This document shows positions 1 to 8,489 of a stretch of 64,000 nucleotides of DNA, piece after piece (the stretch's first letter is position 1; every line of letters starts with the position of its first letter). The DNA is from Arenicellales bacterium (GTDB lineage: Bacteria > Pseudomonadota > Gammaproteobacteria > Arenicellales > JAANXG01), in assembly GCA_049583715.1 (NCBI GenBank), contig JBAUWJ010000279.1, forward strand, positions 8,172 through 72,171. The letters run 5' to 3'. The translations under genes were made by a program, and so were the position numbers. The notes beneath the pieces are model-generated. The model had not been told where the DNA came from, did no database searches, and worked only from the letters and a program-made list of their open reading frames with translations.

Positions 1-356
1 GGCGTCAGCGTTCCGGATGCACGCCCCGAGATTCCGCGGGTCCTGCACGCCGTCGAGAACCAGCACCAGCGGCCGCTCCGCCTGCTCCAGCCACCGGTAA
101 ACGGCCTTCTCGTCCAGCATCGGTGCCGGGCGCACCCGCGCCACCACCCCTTGGTGGACGCTCTCCCCCGCGAATCTCTCCAGCGTCCCTTTCCTGCAAT
201 CCTCGAACGCCAGCCCCACCGACGCCACCATCGCACGCAATCCATTCAGGCGCGCATCGGTCCGCCCCCCATCGAAGTAGACGTTCAACACCCGTTCCGG
301 CGCGCGCCTGAGCAAGGCCTCGACGACATGCCATCCATAAACGTAGCTATCGGTCA
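1..356 (-). CDS. rlmB: 23S rRNA (guanosine-2'-O)-methyltransferase RlmB, N-terminal part (gene runs off the window start)
   Basis: Absent from the ORF track because no stop lies inside the window. My translation of the minus strand from the ATG at 356 reads MTDSYVYGWHVVEALLRRAPERVLNVYFDGGRTDARLNGL...PLVLVLDGVQDPRNLGACIRNADA. This is a SpoU/TrmH-type N-terminus including the 'D..DPxNLGA..R' motif. It sits directly downstream of rnr, as in the E. coli rnr-rlmB pair. Confidence 0.8.
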
Positions 357-375
357 TACCTGAGCAATTTTCGTA

Positions 376-504
376 ACGAAGGGAGCAATGTGTCCGCATG
401 GGCTGGGGAACGTCTCCGTCGACCGCCTCGGAGAAGGGATGCGGAGAGCGAGCCTACAGGGACGTATTCATGGCGTGTCGACGGAGACGTTCCCCAGCCC
501 ATGC
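376..504 (+). repeat. ~127-129 nt palindromic intergenic repeat, copy A (perfect 28-bp stem 396-423 / 477-504, 53-nt central loop)
   Basis: Left arm gcatgggctggggaacgtctccgtcgac is the exact reverse complement of the right arm gtcgacggagacgttccccagcccatgc. It is homologous to copies at 4908-5034 and 11012-11138. It lies between rnr and rlmB. Confidence 0.85.
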
Positions 505-571
505 CGCCGAGGTCTATTCGCTTGGTCAAACGCCAAGGGAATGACGCCGATCTAGTCATACGCATGACCAC

Positions 572-2752
572 TCATCTCCTTCGCTTCTTCCCACGCTTCT
601 TTCGCCCCTGCCCCGCACTGCCGTCAACCAGCTCGAAATCGATCTTCGCCTGATCGATATCGACCCGCACGACCCGGACCCGCACGTCGACCCCGATCTG
701 AAACACCACCCCCGAGTGCTCGCCCGTCAGTCTCCGCTTCCTCGGATCATAATGGAAATAATCCTCCCCGAGCGCCGTCACGTGCACCAGACCCTCCACG
801 TACAGATCGTTGAGCTCGACGAACAGGCCGAACTCCGCCACGCTGGCGACGACGCCGTCGAACACCTCGCCGACCTTGTCCATCATGAACTCCGTCTTCA
901 GCCACTGGACGACGTCCCGCGTCGCGTCGTCCGCCCGCCGTTCGGTCACCGAGCAGTGCTCGGCCACGCGCTCGAGCTGCTCGTGGTCCACTGCCACCGC
1001 CTTGCCGTGGCCGATACGGTGCTTGATCAGACGATGCACCATGAGATCCGGATAGCGCCGGATGGGGGAAGTGAAATGCGTGTATCGCTCGAATCCGAGG
1101 GCGAAATGCTCCGACAGGTCCGCACTGTACTCCGCCTGCTTCAGGCTCCGCAGCAGGGTCACCTGGACGATATGGGAAAACGGCTGATCCCGGCACTGGG
1201 CCACGACCTTCGCGAAGTCCTTCGGGGTCGGCTCCCTGCCGCCCGGCAAAGTCAAACCGAACTCGGCGAGAAAGGCACGTGCGTCCTCGATCTTATCGCC
1301 ATCGGGTCTGTCGTGTATGCGGTAGATTCCGGGACCCCTGCTCTCCTCCAGAAAGTCCGCTGCGCACACGTTGGCCGCCAGCATGCACTCCTCGATCAAC
1401 CGGTGGGCATCGTTGCGGCGCGTGGGCTCGATACGCTGTATCTTCCGCTCCTCGTCGAAGACAATTCGCGTTTCCGGTATTTCCAGCTCGATCGTGCCGT
1501 GCTTCAGTCGGCGCGAGTTGAGGACCTTCGACAAGGCATGAAGATCCTTCAGGTTCGGCAGCAGCTCCATCGTACGGACTTCCACACCGTCCTCCCCGCC
1601 CGACAGTGCGGCCGCGACGCTCGTATAGGTCAGACGCGCGTGAGAGCGCATCACCGCGGGCTCGAACCGATACTCGAGGATCTCGCCGGATACGCTGATA
1701 CGCATCAGGCAGGCGAAGCACAGGCGGTCCACGTCGGGATTGAGCGAGCAGATGCCGTTCGACAACGCTTCCGGCAGCATCGGCACCACCCGCTCGGGGA
1801 AATAAACGGAATTACCGCGCAGGTGCGCTTCGCGATCGAGGGCGGCGGACTGCTCCACGTAATGGGAGACATCCGCGATGGCGACGATCAGATCCCACGA
1901 GCCGTCTCCCAGGCGGCGGGCGTATACCGCGTCGTCGAAATCCCTGGCGTCTTCCCCGTCGATCGTGACCAGCGGCAGGTCACGCAGGTCCCGGCGGCGG
2001 CCAATCTCGCCGGGAGACACCTCGCCGGGCACCCGGCGGGCCTCCTTTGAAACGGGCCCCGGCCATTGATGCGGAATATCGTACTTTCGTATGGCGATCT
2101 CGATCTCCATGCCGGGTTCCATATGCTCGCCGAGAACCTCTCGAATCTTCCCTACCGCCTGCATGCCCTTCTCCGGCTGGCGAGTGATCTCCACCACCAC
2201 GATCTGTCCGTGGGCGGCCTTCCCGCGCGCGTCTTCAGGGACGAAGATATCCTGACTGATCCGGGTGTTGTCCGGAATCACGAATGACAGCCGGTCCTCG
2301 ATGCAAAGCCGCCCCACCACCGTCTCGTTGCCGCGCTCGAGGACTTCGACGATGGCGCCCTCGGGTCTGCCTCGATGATCGATCCTCCGGACCTTGGCCA
2401 GCGCAGTGTCGCCGTGCAGCACCTTGCGCATCTCCTTCGCCGACAGGAACAGATCCTGACCACCGTGCTCAGGGATCAGAAAACCGTATCCGTCGGGGTG
2501 ACCCTGCACCCGGCCCCGTACCATGTCGGAGCGACCGGGGAGGAAATACCGGCCGACGCGGTCTACGAGCACCTGCCCATCCGCCATCATGCGCTCCAGG
2601 CGGCCGAGCAGCTCGTCACGGTTGGCACCCTTGCGCACGGCGAACTCCTGGAAGAGCGTGTGCTCGGGAACGGGCTTTCCGCGTCTCTCCAGGTATCTCA
2701 GGATCTCTTTACGCGGCGGGGCGGGCGCATTGCGGGCTTGCTTCGTTGACAT
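572..2752 (-). CDS. rnr: Ribonuclease R (3'-5' exoribonuclease, RNB domain plus C-terminal S1 domain and basic tail)
   Basis: 726-aa ORF. Features: N-terminal HTH/cold-shock-like region, RNB core (…DGEDARDFDDAVYA…, …HFALGFERYTHFTSPIRRYPDLMVHR…), S1 domain (GVVASVAEFGLFVEL…) and a Lys/Arg-rich tail (GRKKRGKKRRR). Confidence 0.95.
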   Translation of the reverse strand: MSTKQARNAPAPPRKEILRYLERRGKPVPEHTLFQEFAVRKGANRDELLGRLERMMADGQVLVDRVGRYFLPGRSDMVRGRVQGHPDGYGFLIPEHGGQDLFLSAKEMRKVLHGDTALAKVRRIDHRGRPEGAIVEVLERGNETVVGRLCIEDRLSFVIPDNTRISQDIFVPEDARGKAAHGQIVVVEITRQPEKGMQAVGKIREVLGEHMEPGMEIEIAIRKYDIPHQWPGPVSKEARRVPGEVSPGEIGRRRDLRDLPLVTIDGEDARDFDDAVYARRLGDGSWDLIVAIADVSHYVEQSAALDREAHLRGNSVYFPERVVPMLPEALSNGICSLNPDVDRLCFACLMRISVSGEILEYRFEPAVMRSHARLTYTSVAAALSGGEDGVEVRTMELLPNLKDLHALSKVLNSRRLKHGTIELEIPETRIVFDEERKIQRIEPTRRNDAHRLIEECMLAANVCAADFLEESRGPGIYRIHDRPDGDKIEDARAFLAEFGLTLPGGREPTPKDFAKVVAQCRDQPFSHIVQVTLLRSLKQAEYSADLSEHFALGFERYTHFTSPIRRYPDLMVHRLIKHRIGHGKAVAVDHEQLERVAEHCSVTERRADDATRDVVQWLKTEFMMDKVGEVFDGVVASVAEFGLFVELNDLYVEGLVHVTALGEDYFHYDPRKRRLTGEHSGVVFQIGVDVRVRVVRVDIDQAKIDFELVDGSAGQGRKKRGKKRRR

Positions 2753-2812
2753 AATTATGGGCAGTCGGTAGAGTTCGGCCGCTTCGTACCGTTGTGGAAC
2801 GAAGGATACTGT

Positions 2813-2899
2813 GCCGAGGTGGCGGAATTGGTAGACGCGCTAGCTTCAGGTGCTAGTGGGGGCAACCCCGTGGAGGTTCAAGTCCTCTCCTCGGTACCA
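2813..2899 (+). tRNA. tRNA-Leu (anticodon CAG), CCA encoded
   Basis: GCCGAGGTGGCGGAATTGGTAGACGCGCTAGCTTCAGGTGCTAGT…GGTTCAAGTCCTCTCCTCGGTACCA. The anticodon loop is TTCAGGT, and there is a long variable arm. It is nearly identical in its 5' half to E. coli tRNA-Leu(CAG). Confidence 0.9.
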
Positions 2900-2980
2900 G
2901 CGTTCGAATCTCTCCTTCATTGCAACGTTTCTTGATTTCAGAATCCGGTCTGCGCCACTCCGCGGGGAGCTGCGGCACAC

Positions 2981-4411
2981 ATGTTGAGTGAGCTGCTGCG
3001 CGAACCCCTCGAGAGCGCCCTCTCCGGCCCCGACACCTGCCTGGAGCGGGCCCGTCAGGTCGGCGAATCCTACAGGCTGCTGAACCGCGAACAGGTCGGC
3101 GCCGCCGATCTGCTCGAGCTGAAGTTCGCGAGCATGAATTGGCGGCGAAACCTGCTGGCGCGCCTCGGCGAGGATCCGCCGCCCTGGTTGAGCACCGATG
3201 ATAGCACCTTGGGCGACATCGTCGGCGCGCTCAATTGCCGCCTCACCGACGAGGCCATCGTCAAGCTGGCCCGGAAGACGGGCCCGAAGCCGGCCCATTA
3301 CCTGCTGGCCCTTCAAGGTGAACGCTCCGCCAATGCCCCCGAACATCACGCTCTCGCCGGTCCGGGGATCACCCTGAAGATACAGGCCAACCGCAACTCC
3401 GCCTGGCCGTTCGAGCGGTGGAAGCGCAAACCCGAGTTCAGCGTATACGAATTCGCGGACGGCGGCGTGAATTTCCGCGGCGTCCATTTCCTGCCCGGCG
3501 ACGTGCTGTTGTCGAACGTCAATATCGACGGCAACGGCGTGTACACGACCCTGAGCGACCCCACCCGCTTCTCTTCTCACGCCGCGGTTTTCGCCATTCT
3601 CGAGGACGGCGGCAGGCGCTACCCCGCGGTTGTAGAGACCTACGAGAAGGGCGTGCGCGCGGTGCCCCTGAACGTCTTTCTCGGCCCCCGGTTCTGCGCC
3701 TATGTCGAAGTCTACCGGCACAAGGACCTCGAGGCCTCTCACGGCGCTGCCATCAACCGCGCGGCCATCGAGATGATGAGCCGGGCCCGCGGTTACAACT
3801 TCGACTCCAGATCCGACGACCCGGACTACGTCTCCTGCTGCAGTGTCGGCCGGCAGATTCATCTCGACGCGGGCCTTCGACCCGTCCGGCCCAGAAGCAC
3901 CATAGAGAACCCCGCCATCCGCGCCAACCTGGAGAAGCTCGAGTTCACCTTCTTCGATTTCTTTGCACCGGTGGACTACCTCCTCGACGATAACTTCAAG
4001 TGCGTGGGCTGGGTCGACAACCACCAGTTCCCGGACCTGCTCGCTCGCGAGCTGGTCGAGGCTTACTTCCGCGAGCTCTTCGCGACCCGCACGTTGAACC
4101 CGAAGCGTCTGCCGCTGATGGGCCATATCAATCGCTGGGGTATTGGTCACATCCGCCGGCAAACCGTCCTGGGCAAGGCCATCAGCGCCGTGGAAGGGTT
4201 CGATGACGTCTCACTCCCGCGGGGCCCCGCCCCGCTGATGGCCGTCATCACCATTGTCGAGGCACAGCTCGGCAAAGTCGTCAAGCAGACCCGGCGTTGG
4301 CTGGACAGCGTCGAGCTGCCGGAAGGCTACTTCTCCCTCTCCGAGTTCTCCCGCCGGCCGGCCGTACGCCATCACCTCGAATCGAGTCTCAAGCTCGCCT
4401 GGCTGGAATGA
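2981..4411 (+). CDS. Hypothetical protein with a central YiiX/C92-family permuted papain-like amidase domain
   Basis: 476-aa ORF with high third-position GC in this frame. The central region has the permuted His-then-Cys order and motifs resembling E. coli YiiX. These are PGDVLLSNV (cf. GDIIFQ), SSHAAVF (cf. YSHTGM) and GYNFDSRSDDPDYVSCCSVG (cf. PYDFSFSWSDDRQYCSEVV). The ~165-aa N-terminal and ~170-aa C-terminal regions are not recognised. Confidence 0.6.
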   Translation: MLSELLREPLESALSGPDTCLERARQVGESYRLLNREQVGAADLLELKFASMNWRRNLLARLGEDPPPWLSTDDSTLGDIVGALNCRLTDEAIVKLARKTGPKPAHYLLALQGERSANAPEHHALAGPGITLKIQANRNSAWPFERWKRKPEFSVYEFADGGVNFRGVHFLPGDVLLSNVNIDGNGVYTTLSDPTRFSSHAAVFAILEDGGRRYPAVVETYEKGVRAVPLNVFLGPRFCAYVEVYRHKDLEASHGAAINRAAIEMMSRARGYNFDSRSDDPDYVSCCSVGRQIHLDAGLRPVRPRSTIENPAIRANLEKLEFTFFDFFAPVDYLLDDNFKCVGWVDNHQFPDLLARELVEAYFRELFATRTLNPKRLPLMGHINRWGIGHIRRQTVLGKAISAVEGFDDVSLPRGPAPLMAVITIVEAQLGKVVKQTRRWLDSVELPEGYFSLSEFSRRPAVRHHLESSLKLAWLE

Positions 4412-4480
4412 TCCCGGCCCAAGCGCGACTCGGGTTCCGGACTTCGTCCCACCTCCTGCGCCCCTGGAGTTGTCCCGCCA

Positions 4481-4507
4481 GCGGGAGAGGGAATGCCGAA
4501 GCGCATC
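4481..4507 (+). repeat. 27-nt direct repeat, copy 1 (gcgggagagggaatgccgaagcgcatc)
   Basis: Repeated at 4857-4883 with 1 mismatch. A related sequence precedes palindrome copy C at ~10940-10968. Confidence 0.7.
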
Positions 4508-4536
4508 CGGGGAAACTCTGACTAATCGTTTACGTT

Positions 4537-4622
4537 GTCATTGCGAGCGCAGCGAAGCAACCCAGGATGCCTGCCATTGCACGCTTTCTGGATTGCTTCG
4601 TCGCGTCGCTCCTCGCAATGAC
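4537..4622. repeat. Imperfect inverted repeat / REP-like hairpin element ('cattgcgagc…gaagcaa' type)
   Basis: Left arm gtcattgcgagcgcagcgaagcaacccag (4537-4565) pairs with right arm ctggattgcttcgtcgcgtcgctcctcgcaatgac (4588-4622). Confidence 0.7.
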
Positions 4623-4720
4623 AGCATCAATCAGAGCTTCCCTAGTGTACTCCGTCAAACAGTCTGTAACTTATCGGGACTTGCCGTTGCGGATTGAACT
4701 GTTCCATGGAGCATCGAAAG

Positions 4721-4787
4721 GGTGTCGCCAGGGTCTTTTTCACCAAGCGAGTATCGGGGAGCGACTGAAAAAGACCCCGGCGACGCC
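4721..4787. repeat. Inverted repeat hairpin element (ggtgtcgccagggtcttttt … aaaaagaccccggcgacgcc)
   Basis: ~20-bp arms with one mismatch flank a ~26-nt loop. The element is intergenic. Confidence 0.65.
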
Positions 4788-4856
4788 CGTTTCCGGATCG
4801 GGGCTACCGTCATCCCGGCCTGAAGTAATTTGCATTATTTCTGGCGGGGTACACTA

Positions 4857-4883
4857 GCGGGAGAGTGAATGCCGAAGCGCATC
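4857..4883 (+). repeat. 27-nt direct repeat, copy 2 (gcgggagagtgaatgccgaagcgcatc)
   Basis: Matches 4481-4507. It lies immediately upstream of palindrome copy B. Confidence 0.7.
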
Positions 4884-4907
4884 GAGCCTGGCCAACACGT
4901 TCCCGAA

Positions 4908-5034
4908 ACGAAGGGAGCGGTGTTCAGGCATGGGCTGGGGACAGTCTTTGTCGACCGTCTCGGGGCAGGAGCCGAGAGCGAGCCTACACGGACGTACTTG
5001 CGGCGTGGCGACAAAGACTGTCCCCAGGCCATGC
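4908..5034 (+). repeat. ~127 nt palindromic intergenic repeat, copy B
   Basis: Arms 4928-4955 and 5007-5034 pair at 26 of 28 positions. The central loop is nearly identical to copy C. It lies upstream of the DMGDH-like gene. Confidence 0.85.
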
Positions 5035-5154
5035 TTTCCCATGGCCCCTTCAACTACCCGGGACTCGCTACTACAATAACCCGCTATTGCGTCCTCTGAC
5101 CAGCATCATTAGAAGAGCCTTTCAAACCATCCATCTTCCATTCCCGGAGACCTC

Positions 5155-7581
5155 ATGAAATCTCATGCCAGAGTCGTCATCATCGGCGGCGGCGTCGTTG
5201 GTTGCAGCGTCCTTTACCACCTCGCGCGTGCCGGGTGGACCGACGCCGTGCTGCTGGAGCGCTCCGAGTTGACGTCAGGCTCGACCTGGCATGCCGCCGG
5301 CGGCGTTCACACCCTCAACGGCGACCCGAACGTGGCGAAACTGCAGCAGTACACCATCGAGCTGTACAAAGAGATCGAGCAGATGTCCGGCCAGTCCTGC
5401 GGATTGCACCTCACCGGCGGCATCATGCTGGCAGGCACCGAGGAGCGGCTCGACTGGCTGAAGATGGCCCATGCACGCGGTCGCTACCTCGGCATGGAGA
5501 CGGAGATTATCTCTGTGTCCGAAGCCGTCGAGATGATGCCTCTCGTAGAGCCGAAGTACTTTGTCGGCGGCATGTTCGACAGGCACGAAGGTCATCTCGA
5601 TCCGTCCGGCGTCACCCACGCCTACGCCAAGTCCGCCCGCAAGCTCGGTGCCACCATCCATACCCAGACCCGGGTCGAGCACATCGAGCAGGGGCCAGAC
5701 GATAGCTGGCTGCTGCATACCAACCAGGGCTCGATTCACTGCGAGCATGTCGTGAATGCCGGCGGTCTGTGGGCCCGGGAAGTGGGACGAATGGTGGGTA
5801 TCGAGCTTCCCGTTCTGGCGATGGAGCATATGTACCTGCTCACCGACGAGATGCCCGAAGTGGTGGAGTTCGACCGGGCTGCCGGCCGCGAGCTGCCCCA
5901 CGTCATCGACTTCGAGGGCGAGCTGTACCTGCGTCAGGAGAGAACCGGCATGCTGATGGGCACCTATGAAAAGGCCTGCCGCCCGTGGTCCGAGGACACC
6001 ACGCCCTGGAACTTCGATACCGAGTTGCTCCAGCCGGATCTCGACCGTATCGCCCCCTCGCTCGAGGTCGGCTTCGAGCACTTCCCGGCGTTCGCCACCG
6101 CCGGCATACGTCAGGTCATCAACGGGCCGTTCACGTTCGCGCCGGACGGCAACCCCCTGATCGGGCCGGTCAAGGGGTTGCACAACTACTGGGCAGCCTG
6201 CGGCGTCATGGCAGGCTTCAGCCAGGGCGGCGGCGTCGGCCTCGCCCTGTCCAACTGGATGGTGCACGGCGACCCGGGTTTCGACGTGTGGGCCATGGAC
6301 GTGTCTCGCTATGGAGACTGGATACGGCCGGCGTACACCAACGCCAAGGTCCGCGAGAACTACTCACGCCGTTTCCGGATCCAGTTCCCCAACGAAGAGC
6401 TGCCGGCCGGCCGGCCCCTGAAGACCACCCCGATCTACGACGAGTTGAAGCGCCGCCATGCCGTCTTCGGCGATTCCTGGGGCCTGGAGCACGCTCTTTG
6501 GTTTGCGCCGGACGCCGACAGCGCCCGGGACGTATTCAGCTTCAAGCGTTCCAACGACTTCGAGCACGTGGGCGAGGAATGCAAAGCCGTTCGCGAGCAC
6601 GTGGGCATGCTGGAGATCTCGAACTTCGCCAACTACGAAGTCTCGGGTCGCGGCGCGGCCGCGTGGCTGGACCGGCTCCTGGCGAACAAGCTGCCGAAGC
6701 GCGGCCGCATGGCGCTGTGCCCGATGCTCAACCATGACGGGCGCATCATCGGAGATTTCACCCTCGCCAGGCTCGACGACAACCATTTTTATCTCACGGG
6801 ATCGGGCGTCGCCGAGCAGTACCATATGCGCTGGTTCCTCGAGCAGCTCCCGGACGATGGCGTGCAGCTCACGAGCCGCAGCATGGATATGCTCGGACTT
6901 CAGATCGCCGGTCCCCAGGCGCGGCGGCTGCTGCAGCGCCTGACGAAGCGCGACGTCTCGGCCGGGGCTCTCAGGTTCATGGCGTTCGACCGGTTCGACA
7001 TCGGCATGGTGCCCGCTCTCGTGGGACGGGTCAGCTTTACCGGCGAGCTGGGCTACGAGATCTGGGTCCGCCCGGAATACCAGCGTACCCTCTTCCACTC
7101 GTTATGGGATACCGGTCAGGATCTCGGGCTGCGCCTGTTCGGTGGGCGCGCCCTCAACAGTCTCAGGCTCGAAAAGAGCTGGGGTGCATGGGCCACCGAG
7201 TACCGGCCCATCTACACGCCCTTCGAGGCCGGTATGGAGCGCTTCATCGATCTGGACAAGGGCGATTTCATCGGCAGGGAAGCCGCCCTGCGTGCCCGCG
7301 GCGAGCCGCTCCAGCAGAAGCTGGTCACCCTCGTGGTGGACGCGGCGGACGCGGACGTCATCGGCGACGAGCCGATATTGCGCGGCAGCGAGGCGGTTGG
7401 CTGGGTCACCTCCGGAGGCTATGCGCACTACACGCGCAAGTCGGTGGCCATGGGATACATACGGGTGGCGCATCTCGACGAGGATGCGCCATACGCGGTG
7501 GAGATCCTGGGCGACATGCGGCCGGCGAGAATCCAGGCACAGCCGCTATACGATCCCAGCGCCGCCAGGATGCGCGGTTGA
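5155..7581 (+). CDS. Dimethylglycine/sarcosine dehydrogenase-family enzyme (FAD-dependent oxidoreductase fused to a GcvT-like folate-binding aminomethyltransferase domain)
   Basis: 808 aa. It has an N-terminal dinucleotide-binding motif (VVIIGGGVVGCSVLYHLA). The C-terminal half has GcvT-type features (…SFTGELGYEIWV…, …GWVTSGGYAHYTRKSVAMGY…). A GGAGA Shine-Dalgarno sequence lies 5 nt before the ATG. Confidence 0.9.
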   Translation: MKSHARVVIIGGGVVGCSVLYHLARAGWTDAVLLERSELTSGSTWHAAGGVHTLNGDPNVAKLQQYTIELYKEIEQMSGQSCGLHLTGGIMLAGTEERLDWLKMAHARGRYLGMETEIISVSEAVEMMPLVEPKYFVGGMFDRHEGHLDPSGVTHAYAKSARKLGATIHTQTRVEHIEQGPDDSWLLHTNQGSIHCEHVVNAGGLWAREVGRMVGIELPVLAMEHMYLLTDEMPEVVEFDRAAGRELPHVIDFEGELYLRQERTGMLMGTYEKACRPWSEDTTPWNFDTELLQPDLDRIAPSLEVGFEHFPAFATAGIRQVINGPFTFAPDGNPLIGPVKGLHNYWAACGVMAGFSQGGGVGLALSNWMVHGDPGFDVWAMDVSRYGDWIRPAYTNAKVRENYSRRFRIQFPNEELPAGRPLKTTPIYDELKRRHAVFGDSWGLEHALWFAPDADSARDVFSFKRSNDFEHVGEECKAVREHVGMLEISNFANYEVSGRGAAAWLDRLLANKLPKRGRMALCPMLNHDGRIIGDFTLARLDDNHFYLTGSGVAEQYHMRWFLEQLPDDGVQLTSRSMDMLGLQIAGPQARRLLQRLTKRDVSAGALRFMAFDRFDIGMVPALVGRVSFTGELGYEIWVRPEYQRTLFHSLWDTGQDLGLRLFGGRALNSLRLEKSWGAWATEYRPIYTPFEAGMERFIDLDKGDFIGREAALRARGEPLQQKLVTLVVDAADADVIGDEPILRGSEAVGWVTSGGYAHYTRKSVAMGYIRVAHLDEDAPYAVEILGDMRPARIQAQPLYDPSAARMRG

Positions 7582-7611
7582 CGAAAGGGGTGCGGGTGAG
7601 CGCCCGCGGCG

Positions 7612-8469
7612 TCAGTAGCGCAGCACGTCCTGGTCGGGCACCCTCACCATGCGCTTCGACTTCGCGATGAACCAGGCCATGACGAGCCCCGCCGACAGGT
7701 TGCCGTCCTTCTTGACCAACGGGCTGTCCGAGAAGACCGCGTCGCTGACGTTGTCATAGCGGACAAAGGCGCCTATCCAGCTCTTCCCGAGACGGCCCAC
7801 GGCGCTCAAGGTGAAGCGCGTGCCGGCATAGCCACCCGCGGCGTTGTACGCCGGCCTGGTGGGCGTAGCGAACCTCGGGGCAACGGTATAGAAGTAGTCG
7901 TGCAGCTCGTTCGAGCCGAGCTCGATCCCGCCGGTCATCGACACGCGCCAGAACCGTTCCGCAAAACGCACGTTGCGCTGGTACGTCAGCTTGGGCGACG
8001 ATGCGAAGCCGATCTGGTCGAGTCCCGAGTTCACCGCGAAGACGCTGCGCACCGGGAGGGTGAGCAAGAGCCGCTGCTCGTGCCGCGGCTTGTCCCACAG
8101 GTCGATCGTCACAGACGGTCCGAGCTGAAAGGTGAGACCCAGGCTCGGCATGCCTTCCCTGCCCTTGACGTCCCCCTTGGATGCCGGCACCGTGCCGTCG
8201 GCACTGAAATCCAGTATGAATCGGTCCGATTTCAAAAACAGGCCGCGCACCCCCTGCTCGTCGACCTTGAAGATCTTGCCGTGATACAGCGGGTATACGA
8301 ACGGCACCGGCAGCACACGATTATCCGCCGCACCGCGGTAGTACGGCAGGTCGAGCACTCCCGCACCCACGCCGATCTCCCACAGGGGCCGCTCCGCGGC
8401 TCGCGCGGTCACGCCGTAGACGGCGCACAGGAACGCCAGGGCGGCGACCATCAGTCGAAAGGGCTTCAC
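7612..8469 (-). CDS. MipA/OmpV-family outer-membrane protein
   Basis: The C-terminal 285 aa of the 491-aa track ORF carry a signal peptide (KPFRLMVAALAFLCAVYGVTARA) followed by a beta-barrel-like sequence (WEIGVGAGVLDLPYYRGA…) ending in …RY. I placed the start at the GTG at 8469; the ATG at 8451 is an alternative. The upstream extension overlaps the SDR gene and is Arg/Gly/Pro-rich junk. Confidence 0.75.
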   Translation of the reverse strand: MKPFRLMVAALAFLCAVYGVTARAAERPLWEIGVGAGVLDLPYYRGAADNRVLPVPFVYPLYHGKIFKVDEQGVRGLFLKSDRFILDFSADGTVPASKGDVKGREGMPSLGLTFQLGPSVTIDLWDKPRHEQRLLLTLPVRSVFAVNSGLDQIGFASSPKLTYQRNVRFAERFWRVSMTGGIELGSNELHDYFYTVAPRFATPTRPAYNAAGGYAGTRFTLSAVGRLGKSWIGAFVRYDNVSDAVFSDSPLVKKDGNLSAGLVMAWFIAKSKRMVRVPDQDVLRY

Positions 8470-8489
8470 GAAGGCTCGCGCTCCCCGGC

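Noticed and set aside
2846-4162. 438-aa minus-strand ORF opposite the YiiX-like gene
   Set aside because: It overlaps tRNA-Leu at its 3' end. Third-position GC and the recognisable motifs favour the plus-strand frame 2981-4411.
4567-4857. 96-aa ORF inside the repeat nest
   Set aside because: It is a translation of palindromic repeat arms (…LLAMTASI… from the cattgcgag element). It has low GC, no Shine-Dalgarno sequence and no motif.
5041-5154. Riboswitch or leader upstream of the DMGDH-like gene (glycine/THF), and upstream of guaB, purA and sdaA
   Set aside because: I could not recognise any conserved riboswitch core sequences by eye. The only structures are the repeat-family hairpins. A covariance-model scan would be needed to be sure.
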